DNA of 64,000 bases. Origin: a virus. Its lineage: Duplodnaviria > Heunggongvirae > Uroviricota > Caudoviricetes. The stretch's first letter is position 1, and each line of letters begins with the position of its first letter. Location of the stretch: IMG/VR virus record IMGVR_UViG_2574180019_000006; one strand, 5' to 3'. The notes under the pieces are model-generated. The model searched no databases and was not told the DNA's origin. It worked only from the letters and a program-made list of their open reading frames with translations. Both the position numbers and the translations under genes were made by a program. Positions 61,403 to 64,000 of the stretch are shown one piece after another.

Positions 61403-62506
61403 ATGAAAAATAGCTTTGACAGAGCACGCGCTGCGGAGAACACCTCAAAAGAGGCGATAGAGTATCTCGAAAGAGCATCTCAAATGCAGGCCGTTATGAT
61501 CTCGCAGGTTAGCAATGACATGAGATTCTCGGACGCATTCATGTTATTCACTCGCTTATCTCTGCTGATAACCAGACGTCGGCCAGAGATCGCTGTTCAT
61601 TGTATTTTGATACATGTTTTGCCGCACATTGCCGATGTAAAAGTAAGTGACATTAATAGGTTCATGGTGAACCAACTGGTCAACCCACTAATACTGGATG
61701 GCAAAATTGTTATGGGCCGCCGCGTTTTCTCTCTGATGAAGCAGTTCCTTAGCTGGTGCGCCTTCCAGGGGATGATAGACGTGTCACCGTTAAACGATAT
61801 GTCACTTAACAAAGTTGCCGGTGGCGCAAAGCCCACACCTCGCGAGCGGAAGCTGACCGACGCAGAGGTATGGGTGTTCTGGAATATATGGGACTACTTC
61901 AATGTGTGCGCTGGTACAAAATGGGCGGCCAGGCTGTGTCTTGTATCAGCAAGACGACCTGACGAAGTACTGCGGGCTAAAAAAAGTGAGTTCAATCTTA
62001 AGCGTGGAGTTTGGAATCAAGGCAAGAGAAACAAGTCAGCACGTGAGCATTCGCTGCCTTTAAGCACATTAATGCGCACATGTATTGAAGAGTTGTTCGA
62101 ATACGGTAAAGGCAGCCAGTGGCTCGTGCCTTCGAATAAAAAAATCGGGAAAGACCTTCCTATGTCTAAAGTGGCAATAGCCCAGGCATTACGTCGTATT
62201 CTGGAACGACCAGAACTGATGGAGCTTGAGCCATTTACACCCCGAGACTTGCGCCGTACTGCGCGTAGTTACTTCCCAGCTTTAGGCATAAGCCAGGAGG
62301 TATCACGCAAAATCATGAACCACAGTCTTGAGGGGATAGATCGAGTCTACGACCGGCACGATTATATGGACGAGATGCGAGACGCCTTAGAAAGTTTCTC
62401 GACGTACATCGCATCAATCGTAGAGCAACCGGATTTAGACGAAATTGACCACAAATTCAAGGGAGATCGTCTATCAACAGAGCTTATTCGTGTAAATTTT
62501 TCATAG
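61403..62506 (+). CDS. tyrosine site-specific recombinase
   Basis: C-terminal RDLRRT...NHSLEG...VYDRHDY fits the R..HxxR..Y catalytic pattern. Confidence 0.7.
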   Translation: MKNSFDRARAAENTSKEAIEYLERASQMQAVMISQVSNDMRFSDAFMLFTRLSLLITRRRPEIAVHCILIHVLPHIADVKVSDINRFMVNQLVNPLILDGKIVMGRRVFSLMKQFLSWCAFQGMIDVSPLNDMSLNKVAGGAKPTPRERKLTDAEVWVFWNIWDYFNVCAGTKWAARLCLVSARRPDEVLRAKKSEFNLKRGVWNQGKRNKSAREHSLPLSTLMRTCIEELFEYGKGSQWLVPSNKKIGKDLPMSKVAIAQALRRILERPELMELEPFTPRDLRRTARSYFPALGISQEVSRKIMNHSLEGIDRVYDRHDYMDEMRDALESFSTYIASIVEQPDLDEIDHKFKGDRLSTELIRVNFS

Positions 62507-62887
62507 AGACTTTATGGCCTCAACAACCTTTTGTGATGCGCCTTTCTCTTTACCGAATCGCTCGTTATATGCAGCAAGAACCTGTTTTTCGTCCTCGTTA
62601 AGAGGAGCGGTGCCTTCTTTGTATAAAAATGCTGCGAGTTCAGGTTGGCGTTCTTCCAGCACCATCATCATAAGACGACTTGGCTCAATACCCAGCGCCA
62701 GCGCCAACGGACGAACCTTATCGATAGGCAAAGGAATTTTGCCACTTTTAATTAAAGAAAGGTTGTTGGCATTTTTATAACCAATAAGTCTGGCTATTTG
62801 GGCCTGACTCATAGGTGAGGATTCAATCAGCCCTGCGATAAAAGCAGCATAGCGACTTTCTATAAATTCAATCTTGTTGTCAGACAT
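62501..62887 (-). CDS. XRE-family helix-turn-helix regulator
   Basis: HTH segment SQAQIARLIGYKNANNLSLIKSG. Confidence 0.7.
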   Translation of the reverse strand: MSDNKIEFIESRYAAFIAGLIESSPMSQAQIARLIGYKNANNLSLIKSGKIPLPIDKVRPLALALGIEPSRLMMMVLEERQPELAAFLYKEGTAPLNEDEKQVLAAYNERFGKEKGASQKVVEAIKSL

Positions 62888-63137
62888 TGTTACAACCTTT
62901 GCGCGTTCAATTCTCTCTGGTAAGTGCTTACCGATATTACATCAAAGGTTAGGGTTGTAAAGCTATTATCATTTTTTCGATAGGCACTTAAAAGACCGGT
63001 TAAAGGCCATTGCACGGAGAAAAATTAGCCCAAAACAGGTAAGAAAATTAACTTGCATATGATATGAATGTATTCAGTATTGATATAAATTTTAGTAGTA
63101 TTCCTTACCATAGTATAAGTTAGAATGGATTGATTGA

Positions 63138-63350
63138 ATGAACACCACTATTTCCAGCCTAATCGCTCTTGAGATCGGACACGTACAGAAATTAGCTGAT
63201 GAGTGTGTAGCTGACATCCTCACCGATCTACCGAATGAGCAGATTCAGGTTGGTGTGAATGACACAACTGGCTTTATATTCGAACTTAACAACAAACGCT
63301 TCACGCTTCTCAATATCGGCTCCGGGTCTTTAGCCGTCAGAATCTGTTAA
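63138..63350 (+). CDS. hypothetical small protein
   Basis: ORF divergent from the XRE regulator. Confidence 0.4.
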   Translation: MNTTISSLIALEIGHVQKLADECVADILTDLPNEQIQVGVNDTTGFIFELNNKRFTLLNIGSGSLAVRIC

Positions 63351-63449
63351 CCCCTCTTCTCCCTGCGCGAATGGCTTAGTTCCCTGTTCGCGCAGTGCTA
63401 CATTAAACACACTAGTAAATAATTTGTTTTCATAACAAAGGATTAGCCA

Positions 63450-64000
63450 TGTCTAAAAAACGTTCCATCAAAGAGGTTCAGGACTTCCGTGACAGTGTAA
63501 AACGAGTAGTCGCTCTCCTTTCAGGTAAAAACATCCCTGTTGCAGAACGAGGGGACGACGCTTATGTACGCTATAACGATGATGGAGAGCCAATTCTCGT
63601 AAACATCCCATCAATCCCGGATAACGCAACACCGGCATTGATGAATGCTGTGCGCGGATTTCTCGATCATGAGGTTGCTCACATTTTGTTTACCGATATT
63701 CGTGTGTCCAACAAAATGAGAGAAAAAGGACGCGTTCCTTCCTGGTCGCTATGGAATGCCTTAGAAGACGTGTTCATCGAGCGAAAAATGGGTCAGGTCT
63801 TTAACGGAACAAGACGTAATCTGATGGCAACTCAGCGCCTTATAATCGAAAAAGTCTTTAAACCAAAGGCTTCAGAGGCTATTGCTTATTGTGGCAAAGA
63901 TCAGCGCGCGCTTTTTCTAAACTTCTTTCTCTGTCCGGTTGTAAGAGCCTGGGATGGCCAAGCACCGTTCGTAGATTTCATGGATGAACATTGGCCTGTC
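63450..64000 (+). CDS. hypothetical protein, 3'-partial at window edge (contains HEVAH)
   Basis: ATG at 63450 after aaaggattagcc; frame open to the window end. Confidence 0.5.

Overview
The window reads as a segment of a temperate siphovirus maintained as a plasmid (phage-plasmid; the gene content resembles the SSU5-like group, which is an inference from memory, not a search). An ISEcp1-blaCTX-M-15-orf477 resistance unit is inserted just downstream of the partition operon. Recognisable blocks, left to right: an accessory/early region (1-6300) of small unknown genes with two related repeat-flanked loci and a strongly A+C-rich, G-depleted non-coding tract; an AT-rich minus-strand block (6360-12055) of unknown genes ending in an SF2 helicase; a ParB-ParB-ATPase operon feeding into terminase, portal, scaffold, capsid and a lambda-like tail module (homologues of lambda V, G/GT, H, M, L, K, I, J, plus side tail fibre and assembly protein); a lysis cassette; a GNAT/DUF1778 toxin-antitoxin pair; a ParA partition operon; the ISEcp1 unit; replication genes (DnaB-like helicase, primase, ATP-dependent ligase); three tRNAs among long covarying hairpins; and a tyrosine recombinase with an XRE-type regulator. 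I cannot name one proven novel system. The best candidates for undescribed biology are the paired repeat arrays and G-depleted tract, two families of recurring palindromic intergenic motifs, the ParB-ParB-ATPase-GNAT operon, the AT-rich unknown module, the hairpin family in the tRNA locus, and an AT-rich singleton with an Rx4H motif. All functional calls rest on motif recognition by eye; no database search was run.
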